DNA from: Candidatus Bathyarchaeia archaeon
GTDB taxonomy: Archaea; Thermoproteota; Bathyarchaeia; Bathyarchaeales; DTEX01
Reading direction: 5' to 3'
NCBI GenBank assembly: GCA_038882715.1
Contig: JAVZNR010000002.1
Coordinates: 21,093-85,092 of the forward strand
Length of the DNA stretch: 64,000 nucleotides
Below are positions 8,737 through 19,140 of this stretch, in pieces; position 1 is the stretch's first letter, and every line of letters starts with the position of its first letter. Under the pieces are notes generated by a model that was not told the DNA's origin, made no database searches, and saw nothing but the letters and a program-made list of their open reading frames with translations. The position numbers and the translations under genes were made by a program.

Positions 8737-9819
8737 ATGAAAATTCTAGAGAAGGATTTTAAGCATGGAAAAATTACCGTTGTTCCAGAGTTTCTCGAAG
8801 ACCTCTGGGTGCTCTACACAGTTATTCAGAAGGGCGACGTTGCATATGCTAGAACCACGCGGGAAGTCCGCTTAGGCGAGAGGTACGAGAGGTCTGAGAA
8901 AGGCAAACGTATATCAGTTTTCCTAGGCCTTAAAGTTGAAAGCGTCTACTGGGATAAAAGCCTAAACCGCCTTAGAGTTCACGGCACGGTTTGCGACGCG
9001 CCTGAAGATATTGGGGCTATGGGTTCACACCACACCTTCAATGTAACTCTAAATACGCCGATTACAATAATTAAAAAGAGGTGGCTGGACTATCATGTTA
9101 AGCAGATTGAGCGGGCAGCTTCAGGTAGAACCGCGCCGATGATAATAATTTCTATTGATGATGAAGGATACTGTGCAGCTACCTTAAGTGAAGTCGGCTT
9201 AGACATAGCAGCCGAGGAGCGCATCAGTTTGCCTGGAAAACATATGGTTGATGAGAGGCAAAGGGTTCTTAATGAGATGTTTAAGTCCGCCCTAAGGGTT
9301 CTGGAAGATTTGGTTAAATCATTAAATGGCTCAATAGTTGTAGTTGGGGTTGGATTCGTTAAAGAGATGTTCATGAGGTTTTTAAGGGAAAACCAGTCGA
9401 ACATTTACAGTAAGGTTGTTGATGTGAAGAGCGTGAACAGCGCTGGAAGATCTGGGATTTATGAGGCTTTGCGCTCAGGCATACTCTCTAAAGCTCTCCA
9501 GCACATCAGGGTGGTCGAGGAGTCCTCCGCGGTCGAGGAGGTTTTAAAGCGTTTAGGAATGGGGAGAGAAGACGTCACTTACGGCTTAAGCGAGGTTGAA
9601 CGCGCGGTTTCCCTCGGTGCAGTTGAGGAAATATTGGTGACAGACGAGCTGATTAGAGGCTCCTCAGATGATGAGATGCTTCACCTAGAGGAGCTCATAC
9701 GAAGCGTTGAAGATAAAGGTGGTAGGGTCAGAATCATCAGCATTGAACATGAGGCGGGCGCGAAACTAAAGTCCCTTGGGGGAATAGCCGCCCTGCTACG
9801 CTTTCCAATAAGCCAATAA
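8737..9819 (+). CDS. pelA: mRNA surveillance protein Pelota
   Basis: MKILEKDFKHGKITVVPEFLEDLWVLYTVIQKGD N-terminus, with an eRF1-like C-terminal domain. Confidence 0.9.
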   Translation: MKILEKDFKHGKITVVPEFLEDLWVLYTVIQKGDVAYARTTREVRLGERYERSEKGKRISVFLGLKVESVYWDKSLNRLRVHGTVCDAPEDIGAMGSHHTFNVTLNTPITIIKKRWLDYHVKQIERAASGRTAPMIIISIDDEGYCAATLSEVGLDIAAEERISLPGKHMVDERQRVLNEMFKSALRVLEDLVKSLNGSIVVVGVGFVKEMFMRFLRENQSNIYSKVVDVKSVNSAGRSGIYEALRSGILSKALQHIRVVEESSAVEEVLKRLGMGREDVTYGLSEVERAVSLGAVEEILVTDELIRGSSDDEMLHLEELIRSVEDKGGRVRIISIEHEAGAKLKSLGGIAALLRFPISQ

Positions 9820-9834
9820 GCTAGCGCGCCTTAC

Positions 9835-11199
9835 CTATCCGCCTAGCTTTCTAAGGATCTCTTTCTCGGCGAATGAAACTAAACTGTTTAATTTGTCTTC
9901 GTCTTTAGCCTCAGCGTTCATCCTTATGAGCGGCTGCGTATTAGACGGCCTTACAAGAAACCAGCCGTCCTCGGTGATAACTTTAACCCCATCAACAGTT
10001 ACTGTTTTATATCCTAGGGATCTAAATTCTTCTGCGAGCTCCTCAACAACCTTAAACTTCACTTCATCTGGACATCTGTAGCTTCTGACTGGTATCTGCG
10101 GGTACTTGGGCATAGAATCAATTATGTCAGAGAGTTTTCTCCCGTCTTTCGATATGACCTCAGCCACCTTTAGGCTAGCATATACAGCGTCGTCGAAACC
10201 ATACATGTCTCTGAAGTAGAAGTGGCCGCTTGTTTCTCCGCCTAAAACAGCGTTCTCGCTTATCATCTTATCGTAGATGTATGTGTGTCCAACGCGGCTT
10301 AAAACCGGTTTTCCGCCAAAAGACCTTATGGTTTCCTCAACGATCATGGAGCAGCTAACCTCATAGACAACGGCTGCGCCCTTATCCCTGCTTAAATAGT
10401 ATCTGGCTAGCAGCGATAAAATCATGTTGCTTGGGACTAGTCGACCCCTATCGTCGATGAAGATTGCCCTGTCACCATCACCATCAAAGCTAACCCCGAA
10501 ATCAGCCCCACACTCATGTACAAGCCTCCCCAGCTCCTCTAGAGTCTGCTCGTTAGGCTCTGGTGGGTGCTTTGAGAATGAGCCATCCGGCTCACCGTAT
10601 ATAGTGTAGACGTCTAAACCAACCTTCCTGAAAACTCTCGGTATCAGTACGGTGCACGATCCTCCACCGGGGTCAGCCGCCACTTTCAGGCTTCCAGCCA
10701 CATCCACTTTTTTCGAGACATGCTCCTCGTAATCTCTGATGGCTTCGGTGTTGATTTTAACCGCCCCTTTCTTTGATTCCCTGAAAACTCCCTTAAGCGC
10801 CATCTCCTTGAATTCTTCCATTCCGCTGCCCATGCATAAGAACCCCTTGCCAAACAGGATTTTAAAGCCGTTCCATTCAGGCGGGTTATGTGACGCTGAA
10901 ACCATGACCCCGCCGTCCGCACGATAATGTCTCGTAGCGAAGTAGAGCAGCGGTGTTGTCACAACTCCTATATCCTCAACGTTTAATCCGCAAGCGGTCA
11001 TACCGCTTATAAGAGCGCTGCGGAGGGATCCGCTGCTTAGCCTTACGTCTCTGCCAACGATGAAGGTTTTCCCCTCGTTGCCAGCGTAGTCCGCTAAGGC
11101 TCTCCCTATAATGTGGGCTACTCTCTCATCTAGGTCTAAGCCATAGATGCCGCGTATATCGTAGGCTCTAAAGATGCTTTCAGGTACCGCTGAGATCAT
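9835..11199 (-). CDS. phosphoglucosamine/phosphomannomutase family protein
   Basis: Active-site loop SASHNPPEWNGFK, metal loop FDGDGDR, GETSGH. Confidence 0.85.
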   Translation of the reverse strand: MISAVPESIFRAYDIRGIYGLDLDERVAHIIGRALADYAGNEGKTFIVGRDVRLSSGSLRSALISGMTACGLNVEDIGVVTTPLLYFATRHYRADGGVMVSASHNPPEWNGFKILFGKGFLCMGSGMEEFKEMALKGVFRESKKGAVKINTEAIRDYEEHVSKKVDVAGSLKVAADPGGGSCTVLIPRVFRKVGLDVYTIYGEPDGSFSKHPPEPNEQTLEELGRLVHECGADFGVSFDGDGDRAIFIDDRGRLVPSNMILSLLARYYLSRDKGAAVVYEVSCSMIVEETIRSFGGKPVLSRVGHTYIYDKMISENAVLGGETSGHFYFRDMYGFDDAVYASLKVAEVISKDGRKLSDIIDSMPKYPQIPVRSYRCPDEVKFKVVEELAEEFRSLGYKTVTVDGVKVITEDGWFLVRPSNTQPLIRMNAEAKDEDKLNSLVSFAEKEILRKLGG

Positions 11200-11327
11200 C
11201 CCCAGACACCGACTTCAAACATTCAGAAATATTTATGGTGAACCAGAATATTTAATTTATTGGAGCTGTCATTTAGCGTAAAACTTAACGTGGCGTCGGA
11301 TTAGGAAAGGGGGATAGGTGAAAATTT

Positions 11328-11753
11328 TTGAAGGCAGTTGATGAAATAGTGGCGTTTGGGCATCCGCTCATAAAGGCTACTCATAAATCTACATTTGAAG
11401 TGACGAAGGAGAGCTTTCTCACCGAGAAGGGCGACTGCATAATCGCTGTTAGAGCTAATAAAGCTGCAAGAGACCTAAATGAAGATTTTAAGGAGGCTGC
11501 GAAGAAGGCGGACGCCACTATAACAATTATTATTGAGGTGGACGGCGAAAGGGAAATCGTTAAAGCCTACGGTAATCCAAATCTGACCCTTACGCATCCA
11601 ACAGACATTGTTGTCAGAAAAAGCAGCTACGTCTGCGGCAGAACTGTGGCGATCAGGGCGGATAAGGCTGCATGTGACCTCTCAAGAAGCCTTATGGGTA
11701 AACTTAAGGGGCATGAGAGACAGGTAAAGATAACGTTGATAGCTGAGAGATAG
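11328..11753 (+). CDS. DUF371 family protein
   Basis: GHPLIKATHKSTFEVTKE...GDCIIAV pattern typical of archaeal DUF371. Confidence 0.6.
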   Translation: MKAVDEIVAFGHPLIKATHKSTFEVTKESFLTEKGDCIIAVRANKAARDLNEDFKEAAKKADATITIIIEVDGEREIVKAYGNPNLTLTHPTDIVVRKSSYVCGRTVAIRADKAACDLSRSLMGKLKGHERQVKITLIAER

Positions 11754-11768
11754 AATGCGACATATCGC

Positions 11769-12140
11769 TTATTTAAGTACTTTCTCTAGGTCGCTTGGCT
11801 TGTAGCATCTGATCCCGTAAGACAAGGCTCTCCTCTTAGCTTTCTCCGACACATCGTTTGAGATTAATATCGGAACCACCATTACACCCAGCTTTTCTTC
11901 AAGCAGATGCTTAACATATTCATCGAAATCCTTCTTGGTCTGCGAGATAGCCCTGGGTCCGGCTGGACTTGATAAATCTTTAACCTGAACAACTAGGATT
12001 AAGCCCCCTCTATGAAGGATAAGATCCTGAATGCGGCTTCCATGCCTCCTCCTAAGCTCGACATCCCAACCATATGATTTAGCCATTTCGGCAACATATT
12101 CTTCGAGACCCAAGTTTAAGCCTCCAACTCTTTTCCGCAA
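11769..12140 (-). CDS. Mrr/Hjc-like PD-(D/E)xK endonuclease-fold protein
   Basis: GLEEYVAEMAKSYGWDVEL...QDLILHRGGLILVVQVKD (D...Q-x-K core); 123 aa. Confidence 0.5.
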   Translation of the reverse strand: MRKRVGGLNLGLEEYVAEMAKSYGWDVELRRRHGSRIQDLILHRGGLILVVQVKDLSSPAGPRAISQTKKDFDEYVKHLLEEKLGVMVVPILISNDVSEKAKRRALSYGIRCYKPSDLEKVLK

Positions 12141-12309
12141 ACGCTGGTTTAATTTACTCTTTGTTTAGAAGAGCATGTGCCTTAAAAGGTTTATTTAAAA
12201 TGATGCCTCAGATACCCCAGGGGCCCTCATTAAATCGGGTACTGTAGCCATCTTCATCGGCGGAATAATCAGAGTTCTCCCGAAGATAAATATTTTTCGG
12301 AGACCGCTT

Positions 12310-13269
12310 CTATTCACCAGCCCGGCTCTTTACAGCAATATCTAGCTCCTCTATAAACTTAGGAAAGTTTTCCTTCGGTATTCTCGCCCCCGCAGCCTGC
12401 GGGTGCCCCCCTCCGCTTCCGCCGAACTTCAGGGATATGCGGCGCAGTATGCTGTTTAAATCGATGCCTTTCTCGCATGTCCTTAAGCTCATGTCTATGA
12501 AGCCTTTCCGCTCCTCGCCAGCTACCCCAACCAGCGTGTTGGCTAACGCTCTAACGTATGTTGCTGTTTTACCCGCTGAGAACGGTACGTTAAGAGCGTA
12601 CGCGATGTCACCGTAAACTTTAATATAGCTGCTTAATGACCGTATTATCTCATCCTCCCGCCTAGTGTTTTCTAGCGCCGCTTCGAGTAGACCCGGATGT
12701 AGGCTTGGAGGCTGGCAGCTTGCTAGGTGAAAAACGAGTTTCCGCTTAAACTCGTGATCCCTTCTAAAACCCTCTAACCCCTGCACCAGAACGCCGGTCT
12801 CAAAATATATTGTTCTCTTATCCCATCTGCAGAGCAGCGCAGATATTACTGGAGTGTTATCCAAGTAGTCTGAAACCGCCCCATAGATCGCAACTCTGCT
12901 CATAAGCCAAGTCAATTTTTCCTGAAACAGCGTGTATGTGAGCTCGGAAGCCGAGGAGCTGACGCTGTGAATGACTTTTCCCGGAATATTCTCTAGCTGG
13001 AGGTTTTCCGGCAGCGGATGATGGTCAACATATATGAGTTCCCCCGACCCATCGATCTCTAGAAACCTTTTCAGGATAACCGCCAAATTATCTTCTGGAA
13101 GAGATATGTCACATATTATTGCGCTGTCGCCATTCTTAACATTCTCCAAGTCTTCTAGAAGGCCGGATGGATGCGTGAAGAAGACTTTAGCGTCTGGGTT
13201 AGCGGCTAAAGCTAATGCCCCAGCGCATACGCCGTCTCCGTCGCCGTGCGTAAAGATCCATTTAATCAT
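12310..13269 (-). CDS. DHH-family phosphoesterase (NrnA/RecJ-like)
   Basis: THGDGDGVCAG (DHH motif I/II region), VDHHP, and the C-terminal GGGHPQAAGA DHHA1 motif. Confidence 0.75.
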   Translation of the reverse strand: MIKWIFTHGDGDGVCAGALALAANPDAKVFFTHPSGLLEDLENVKNGDSAIICDISLPEDNLAVILKRFLEIDGSGELIYVDHHPLPENLQLENIPGKVIHSVSSSASELTYTLFQEKLTWLMSRVAIYGAVSDYLDNTPVISALLCRWDKRTIYFETGVLVQGLEGFRRDHEFKRKLVFHLASCQPPSLHPGLLEAALENTRREDEIIRSLSSYIKVYGDIAYALNVPFSAGKTATYVRALANTLVGVAGEERKGFIDMSLRTCEKGIDLNSILRRISLKFGGSGGGHPQAAGARIPKENFPKFIEELDIAVKSRAGE

Positions 13270-13388
13270 AAGAAAACTTTTACCGCTAAACAGATATTAA
13301 CTTTTCAACGTTACGTTGCTGCGCTTTAGGACGATTTTTTCCGCTAGTAATAACGCTAGACATATATCTGTTTGCTAGCATAGTAATC

Positions 13389-14510
13389 TTGATTCCGCTT
13401 ATGAGCCTGAAAACGGATGAATTAGACTTCAGTAGGGCTTCAGTGATAGTGAAGACTCTGAGAAACTATGAGAAGGTTACAGCTCAAATTTTAAGGGAGA
13501 TTTTCCCTGAAGCCAAAGTTTTAGCCGAGCCGCTGAATTTCTCAGGCTTAGTTTTAGTTTGGTCGAACCTGCCCGCGGAGGATTTAGCCAAAGAGATTGA
13601 GGCGAAGGTTCCGGAGGCGGAGAGGGTTCTGCCAATAAAATGCTATTCGCCAGCTAGAATCGAATCAATTATGGACGCCGCTAAAAGCGCTATTGAATAT
13701 TTAAGGGACGCTAAGTCGTTTGCAGTAAACACCGTTAGGAGAGGGCGCCACAGCTTCTCAAGTATAGACGTAAACATCAGGGTCGGCTCAGTATTAAAGG
13801 ATGCCTTAGGATGCCCAGTCAACCTAGACTTCCCAGATAAAGTTATGTTCGTCGAAATTATTGGGCCGCATGCTTACATAGGCGTAGTTGATGGAAGCGT
13901 TTTCCCAAAGAAGATGAGGCCCGGAAAATTTCAGGTTAGAGAATACTTCAAGAAGGTTTCGCTTGTTCAAATGCCGTATTTAGGCGGCTTGGAAGCCTCC
14001 CATGAGATGGGCGTTAGGATTGGTCGTGAAGCCCAAACGTTTGAGGTTGGCGAATTAGTTATTGCGCCAATAGGATCCGTTAGGGCTGATGATCTAAACG
14101 CGTTTCTCAAGGGCGTCTTCGAGGGAATAGAGTCTAGATATCAGATACAGTCGAAAACATATGCGCATAGACCCCACAGGACCGAAGTCTACGTCCAGAA
14201 CCTCTACGAGCTTGTTAGGGAAAGGGCGAAAGAACCCATAATAGTTTTTGAACCTGAAGGTGAGCCAATAAGCTCCATATCATTGGAGCTGGCTGAAACA
14301 GTTATCAAGAGTAGCAGGGTAAGCTTCCTAGTCGGCTCTAGGGAGGGCATACCCCACGGAGTATTTAGATTCGCAAGCCTAGTGGTGGATCTATGTCCAG
14401 GCGTCACGATAGCAACAGATCTGGCGGCGGCTTCAGCCCTAACAGCCTTAGCGTTCGCGGTACATCAGGAGCTGAGCTGCAACGCAAAGGAGAAGGAAGA
14501 AGTGAAGTAG
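13389..14510 (+). CDS. THUMP-domain protein fused to a SPOUT-like methyltransferase domain
   Basis: THUMP-like middle region (FAVNTVRRGRHSFSSIDVNIRVGSVL...VMFVEIIGPHAYIGVV). SpoU-like C-terminus (FLVGSREGIPHGV...TIATDLAAASALTAL). Confidence 0.55.
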   Translation: MIPLMSLKTDELDFSRASVIVKTLRNYEKVTAQILREIFPEAKVLAEPLNFSGLVLVWSNLPAEDLAKEIEAKVPEAERVLPIKCYSPARIESIMDAAKSAIEYLRDAKSFAVNTVRRGRHSFSSIDVNIRVGSVLKDALGCPVNLDFPDKVMFVEIIGPHAYIGVVDGSVFPKKMRPGKFQVREYFKKVSLVQMPYLGGLEASHEMGVRIGREAQTFEVGELVIAPIGSVRADDLNAFLKGVFEGIESRYQIQSKTYAHRPHRTEVYVQNLYELVRERAKEPIIVFEPEGEPISSISLELAETVIKSSRVSFLVGSREGIPHGVFRFASLVVDLCPGVTIATDLAAASALTALAFAVHQELSCNAKEKEEVK

Positions 14511-14564
14511 AGGTAAACTTTATTCTTGGGTAGAGGCATACCGTTTTTCTATGGGTGATGCAAG

Positions 14565-15305
14565 ATGCGTAAGGTAGTGCTTGGCAATAGCGGGCTGCTG
14601 GTTTCTAGGCTGTGCATAGGGACGGATTACTCGGACATTTACGGTAGATCGCTTATTGGACGCGATATATTGGTTAAGGGCTTCGAGATGGGCGTGAATT
14701 TCTGGGATTCTTCAGAAAGCTACGGCTCCTACCCGTCTATAAGGGAGGCTGTGAAGGAGATTGGGCGCAGTAAAGTTGTTATCACTAGTAAAAGCTATAG
14801 CAGGAGCGTTGAGGGCGCAAGAAGAGATCTTGAGGATGCTTTGAGGGAGATAGACACCGGCTACCTTGACATATTTATGCTGCACGCGGTTGACACAATA
14901 GACGATTTTAAAAGCAGGCGCGACGTGCTGGACTTTCTTCTTAAAGCGAAGAGAGACGGGGTTATAAGGGCTGTAGGCGTCTCAACACACTCCTCAGTTC
15001 TCGCAATGGAGCTCGCAAGATACCCGGAGATCGATGTTGTTTTAACGGTTCTTAACATGGAGGGAATAAATATTCATGGGGGAGATTTAGAAAGCATGCA
15101 TAAAGCCATAAAGGCGCTTTACGATAGCGGTAAAGGAGTGTACTTGATGAAGGTTTTAGGGCGAGGAAAACTTGCAGACAGAGCGAAAGAGGCTCTCAGA
15201 TACGCCTTCAGAGTACCTTATGTTCACGCTGTCTCCGTAGGTGTAAGAAGCATTAGGGAGCTTGAGGAAGCAATTAGGGTAGAGGAGGAGGTTGACGGGG
15301 TCTAG
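14565..15305 (+). CDS. aldo/keto reductase
   Basis: LGNSGLLVSRLCIGT...FWDSSESYGS...DIFMLHA pattern. Confidence 0.75.
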   Translation: MRKVVLGNSGLLVSRLCIGTDYSDIYGRSLIGRDILVKGFEMGVNFWDSSESYGSYPSIREAVKEIGRSKVVITSKSYSRSVEGARRDLEDALREIDTGYLDIFMLHAVDTIDDFKSRRDVLDFLLKAKRDGVIRAVGVSTHSSVLAMELARYPEIDVVLTVLNMEGINIHGGDLESMHKAIKALYDSGKGVYLMKVLGRGKLADRAKEALRYAFRVPYVHAVSVGVRSIRELEEAIRVEEEVDGV

Positions 15306-15314
15306 GAGCACAGC

Positions 15315-16856
15315 CTATCTCCTCAATCTAAGGTTTAGTCTGCTCACCGAGTGTCTCTCAGCCCTAAACTCGAATTCTCTGCCTTCAGCTGTTGGCAGAT
15401 CTTCCTCTCTAACCCACACGTTCTCTGGGAAATCGAAGTCGTTGTATGCTCTTACATCTCTAGCGTTAAGAACCGCTAAACTACCACCGTTAAACTCACC
15501 CTCACCGAGCAGAGATATCTTGACGTCAAAATCCTCATCGAGGCTCCGGTTAACCAAAGTTATCACTAGGCTTTTTCTATCTTGGCTTACTGATGCCGCC
15601 GCGTCTAGGGCTTTAAGCGGCTTAAGGGGTCTTCTCTGAGAGCGCTGCTGGCCAACATAATCTTTCTCAGCAGGCTCCCTTATTACAGGCGAATCGACAT
15701 CGGTTTTTAGGGCTATGTTCCCCATGTGCGGCTGATAAATGTTGAAGACATGGTATGTTGGAGTAAAGACCGCTTTTTCGCCCCTCGTAAGGCATATGCT
15801 TTGCAGAACGTTGACCGCTTGAGCTATGTTAGCCATCCAAACCCTCCTCGAATAGCCGATGAAAAGGTTTAGGACCGATGCGGCCAGTATGGCGTCTCTC
15901 AAAGTATTCTGCTGGTATAGGCCGCTTTCAACAGTAGCCTGCGGATGCCAGACCCCCCACTCGTCGACAGCTATGCCTATATTCTTTCTGCCCTCAGAGA
16001 AGAAGTCCACCACAGATATTGCTTGCTGAATCTGGTATTCAAGGTGCTGGATGTCGAAAAGCAGGTTAAGGTATTGTTCATCGCTGAAACTTATGTCGCC
16101 GCCATAGCGCTGCGGATTACCGAAGTAATAGTGTATTGACAGGTAGTCTACCAGATGAATAAAGTCTCTTAAAGCCTCCATAAACCTGTAATTCCAGTCT
16201 CTGGACGTGTGTCCGCACGCTATCAGCTTAACTGATGGATCGGCTTGCTTGAGGAATGTTGCGAATCTACGGTATTCCCAAGCATAGTACACTGGGTCAA
16301 ATGAGCCGCCGCAACCCCAATTCTCGTTTCCGACACCCCAATACTTCACCCTGTACGGCTCCGGATGACCATTCTTTGATCTAAGACTCGCATACTTGGT
16401 GTTACCGGAGTAATTGCAGTACTCAAGCCAAGCCAGAGCTTCGCTGGGACTTCCGGAGCCGACGTTGGCGCATATGTATGGTTCTGCGCCAGTAAGTTTA
16501 CATAGTTTTATGAATTCATCTGTGCCGAACTCGTTTGATTCTTCGCCACCCCACCATATGTTAACTCTCCTAGGCCTTTGCTCCCTTGGGCCTATGCCAT
16601 CCTCCCAATGATAAACGTCTGCGAAGCATCCTCCGGGCCATCTGATGATTGGTGCGCTGATGGATTTAAACGCGTGGAGGGCGTCTCTCCTCAGCCCCTC
16701 ATAGTTCGGTATTCTGGAGTCTTCCCCAACCCATATTCCTGGATAAATGCATCGACCCAAGTGCTCAATGAAATGTCCGAAGATATGCGGGTTTATGACG
16801 CTGACCTGATCATATAACCTTACGATTAAACTTGAGGTCTTACTCAAACCTAACAC
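15315..16856 (-). CDS. alpha-L-arabinofuranosidase (GH51)
   Basis: YWGVGNENWGCGG (acid/base Glu) and IAVDEWGVW (nucleophile Glu) motifs; 513 aa. Confidence 0.85.
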   Translation of the reverse strand: MLGLSKTSSLIVRLYDQVSVINPHIFGHFIEHLGRCIYPGIWVGEDSRIPNYEGLRRDALHAFKSISAPIIRWPGGCFADVYHWEDGIGPREQRPRRVNIWWGGEESNEFGTDEFIKLCKLTGAEPYICANVGSGSPSEALAWLEYCNYSGNTKYASLRSKNGHPEPYRVKYWGVGNENWGCGGSFDPVYYAWEYRRFATFLKQADPSVKLIACGHTSRDWNYRFMEALRDFIHLVDYLSIHYYFGNPQRYGGDISFSDEQYLNLLFDIQHLEYQIQQAISVVDFFSEGRKNIGIAVDEWGVWHPQATVESGLYQQNTLRDAILAASVLNLFIGYSRRVWMANIAQAVNVLQSICLTRGEKAVFTPTYHVFNIYQPHMGNIALKTDVDSPVIREPAEKDYVGQQRSQRRPLKPLKALDAAASVSQDRKSLVITLVNRSLDEDFDVKISLLGEGEFNGGSLAVLNARDVRAYNDFDFPENVWVREEDLPTAEGREFEFRAERHSVSRLNLRLRR

Positions 16857-16925
16857 CTACCTTCTAGCGACAAAAATCATAAAAGTTCCCTTAAACTATT
16901 AAGCTTTCGTAAAAGGTGGTTTTAA

Positions 16926-17342
16926 ATGAGGTGCCCAGTATGTGAGGCGGAGGTTGACGAGGGCGCAAGATTCTGCCCTAAATGCGGCGCATCTCTAGAC
17001 ACGATAAAGAACATTATTGTGGCTACAACACCTACAATACCGGGCTATAGAATTAAGAGGGTGCTTGGTGTAGTTACCGGCTTATCCCCTAGGACGAGGG
17101 GCATGCTTGGAAGGTTTATCGCAGGCATTGAAACGATGTTTGGTGGTGAAGTCAAAGCCTTCACAACAGAGATTGAGAAGGCGCGCGCAGAGGCTTTAGA
17201 GAGGATGAAGGCGAAGGCCGCAGCTATGGGGGCAAACGCTGTTGTCGGAGTGGATTTGGAGACATCTGACCTTGGTTTAGGCGCAGGCATAATTGTAATA
17301 TCTGCCACCGGAACCGCGGTGATAATTGAGCCGGAGGGATAG
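16926..17342 (+). CDS. zinc-ribbon + YbjQ (UPF0145) domain protein
   Basis: CPVCEAEV...FCPKCGA, then GYRIKRVLGVVTG...GANAVVGVDLE, typical of YbjQ. Confidence 0.75.
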   Translation: MRCPVCEAEVDEGARFCPKCGASLDTIKNIIVATTPTIPGYRIKRVLGVVTGLSPRTRGMLGRFIAGIETMFGGEVKAFTTEIEKARAEALERMKAKAAAMGANAVVGVDLETSDLGLGAGIIVISATGTAVIIEPEG

Positions 17343-17370
17343 TAAACCATCAGTTGGATTGAAGACTGCC

Positions 17371-17949
17371 TTAATCAACTGAAAGTAGCGCTTCCGCCAC
17401 TTGGATTAGCCCCAGAAGGATAAACGTGGCGGCAGCCCCGATTCGCAGAAACTTCTCCGGCACAGCCCTTAGGATCTTATGGCCTAAGAAAACGCCTATG
17501 CCAGTTATTACTGTGAACGCCAGCATAATGCCCGCCAGAACCAGTATAGGGTTTCCGAACTGGGCTGCTAGGAATATTGAGAAAATCTGCGTCTTATCGC
17601 CTAGCTCCATTAATGCAACCAGCGAAAAAGCTCTAAAAAACGATGCGCTAACATCTTTGCATATTCCTCTATTCTCTTCTCTGCGGATAAGTGAGAGTAT
17701 GCCGAAAACTATGAATGTTAAACCCGCTGCAAGCCTAATAATATTCCTTGGCAGCATGCACAGCAACTCCCCACCCAGCAAAGCGCTTAACCCATCAACC
17801 ATGAAGAATGCTGCCATGGCTCCAAAAAAGACTGAGGGGGCTGACGATCTGGATGAGAGCATAATTGTGCAAATCTGAGTTTTATCGCCGAGCTCGGCTA
17901 GGAAAATGATGGAGAAGGATGTTAGCAGCGGCGCTAAATCCATGCTCAT
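17371..17949 (-). CDS. GDT1/TMEM165 (UPF0016) family cation transporter
   Basis: Two ELGDKTQ motifs, one in each half of a 6-TM protein. Confidence 0.8.
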   Translation of the reverse strand: MSMDLAPLLTSFSIIFLAELGDKTQICTIMLSSRSSAPSVFFGAMAAFFMVDGLSALLGGELLCMLPRNIIRLAAGLTFIVFGILSLIRREENRGICKDVSASFFRAFSLVALMELGDKTQIFSIFLAAQFGNPILVLAGIMLAFTVITGIGVFLGHKILRAVPEKFLRIGAAATFILLGLIQVAEALLSVD

Positions 17950-17962
17950 ATAACTTAACCTT

Positions 17963-19072
17963 TCATTCCCGCTTTAAGCTGGACTCTATTCTACGCATCT
18001 CGTTCAACAGATCGGGTTTCCGCTTAAAGTATTCTCTCACAGGCTCAAGTATTTTAACTAGGGCTTCAGCAACACCGCGCTTTAAGTCTAATGGATGTAT
18101 TTCGCCGCGTAAATAGGCGTCCCTCAAATCCTCATACTTCTCGAAGGTTACTGGCCCGCCATATTTAGCTGGCCTCGGAACCTCCATATGGCCTAGCTCG
18201 GGGAAAACTATGTATTTTGCGTGCTCAAGGATAGGGTTTTTCTCCTCCTGTCTTGGCGGACAATATGCTGCCCTTATCTTAGCTCTGATTTCATCTGGGG
18301 AATCATGAACGAATATGCAGCTCTCAGGCTTGCTCTTAGACATTTTTATGCCTATCTTCTCGCTTAGTTTAGCATCCTCATCGAATCTGCCTTCTGAAAC
18401 CTCAGCGGCCGGGGGCTGTAGCCCTGAAAGCAGCGGTGTATGTAGACATACTGGCTTCTTCCAGCCCATCTTCTCAGCAGAATCCCTGGCCAGCATGTGC
18501 GCTTTTCTCTGATCTATGCCGCCGCAAGCCATATCCAGCTCTAGATGGAATATGTCGGCGGCCTGCATACATGGATAAAATATCCATGCTGTCTCTATGT
18601 CAGCCATATCGAGCTCACGCCCCATTATTGTTAATGCCCTTCTAACCCTTAGGAGCGACGAGCCCTTAGCTATTCTTATGACTTTCTCCCAATACTCTAT
18701 ATCGCCCGCTATGTCCGAAGCCCAGACAAAGCGCACATTGCCAGCCGAGGTTACCCCTAGAGCCTCAAAGCATTGCTTAAAATATTCGCCGCATAAGCGT
18801 ATATTCTCCATTAACCCGCCCAGCTTATTGTTTATCCAGCTGTGCCAATCCGCCAAGAATATTATGAAGTCGAACCCGGCTCTGGCGATATCTTTAATCT
18901 TAGAGCCGCAGACCAAACCCATGCCAATATGCATAAGACCCGAACATTCAAAACCCCAGTAAGCCTTAGGTCTACTTGTAGTCTCCAGTAGGAAGCGCAG
19001 CTCATTAACGGTCACAGTCTCTTCAGTGTTACGGGTAATCAGGTTTAATCGCTCCTCCACATCCAAGTGCAC
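17963..19072 (-). CDS. tyrS: tyrosine--tRNA ligase
   Basis: Class I aaRS motifs HIGMG (HIGH) and KMSKS. ITRNTEETVTVNELRFLLE and LADWHSWINNK are typical of archaeal TyrRS. Confidence 0.75.
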   Translation of the reverse strand: MHLDVEERLNLITRNTEETVTVNELRFLLETTSRPKAYWGFECSGLMHIGMGLVCGSKIKDIARAGFDFIIFLADWHSWINNKLGGLMENIRLCGEYFKQCFEALGVTSAGNVRFVWASDIAGDIEYWEKVIRIAKGSSLLRVRRALTIMGRELDMADIETAWIFYPCMQAADIFHLELDMACGGIDQRKAHMLARDSAEKMGWKKPVCLHTPLLSGLQPPAAEVSEGRFDEDAKLSEKIGIKMSKSKPESCIFVHDSPDEIRAKIRAAYCPPRQEEKNPILEHAKYIVFPELGHMEVPRPAKYGGPVTFEKYEDLRDAYLRGEIHPLDLKRGVAEALVKILEPVREYFKRKPDLLNEMRRIESSLKRE

Positions 19073-19140
19073 AGCACCCCGGATGCTTCAGCGCATAACC
19101 TTATTAAAAGGATTGAAATATTAAAGTTTGGTGCTAAACT

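Noticed and set aside
12141-12309. Possible C/D-box sRNA (ATGATGC ... TCAGA) in the intergenic region. Similar looks were taken at 3550-3725, 19657-19833 and 38827-39118.
   Set aside because: The boxes deviate from RUGAUGA/CUGA. I found no C'/D' pair, terminal stem or guide complementarity that I could verify by eye.
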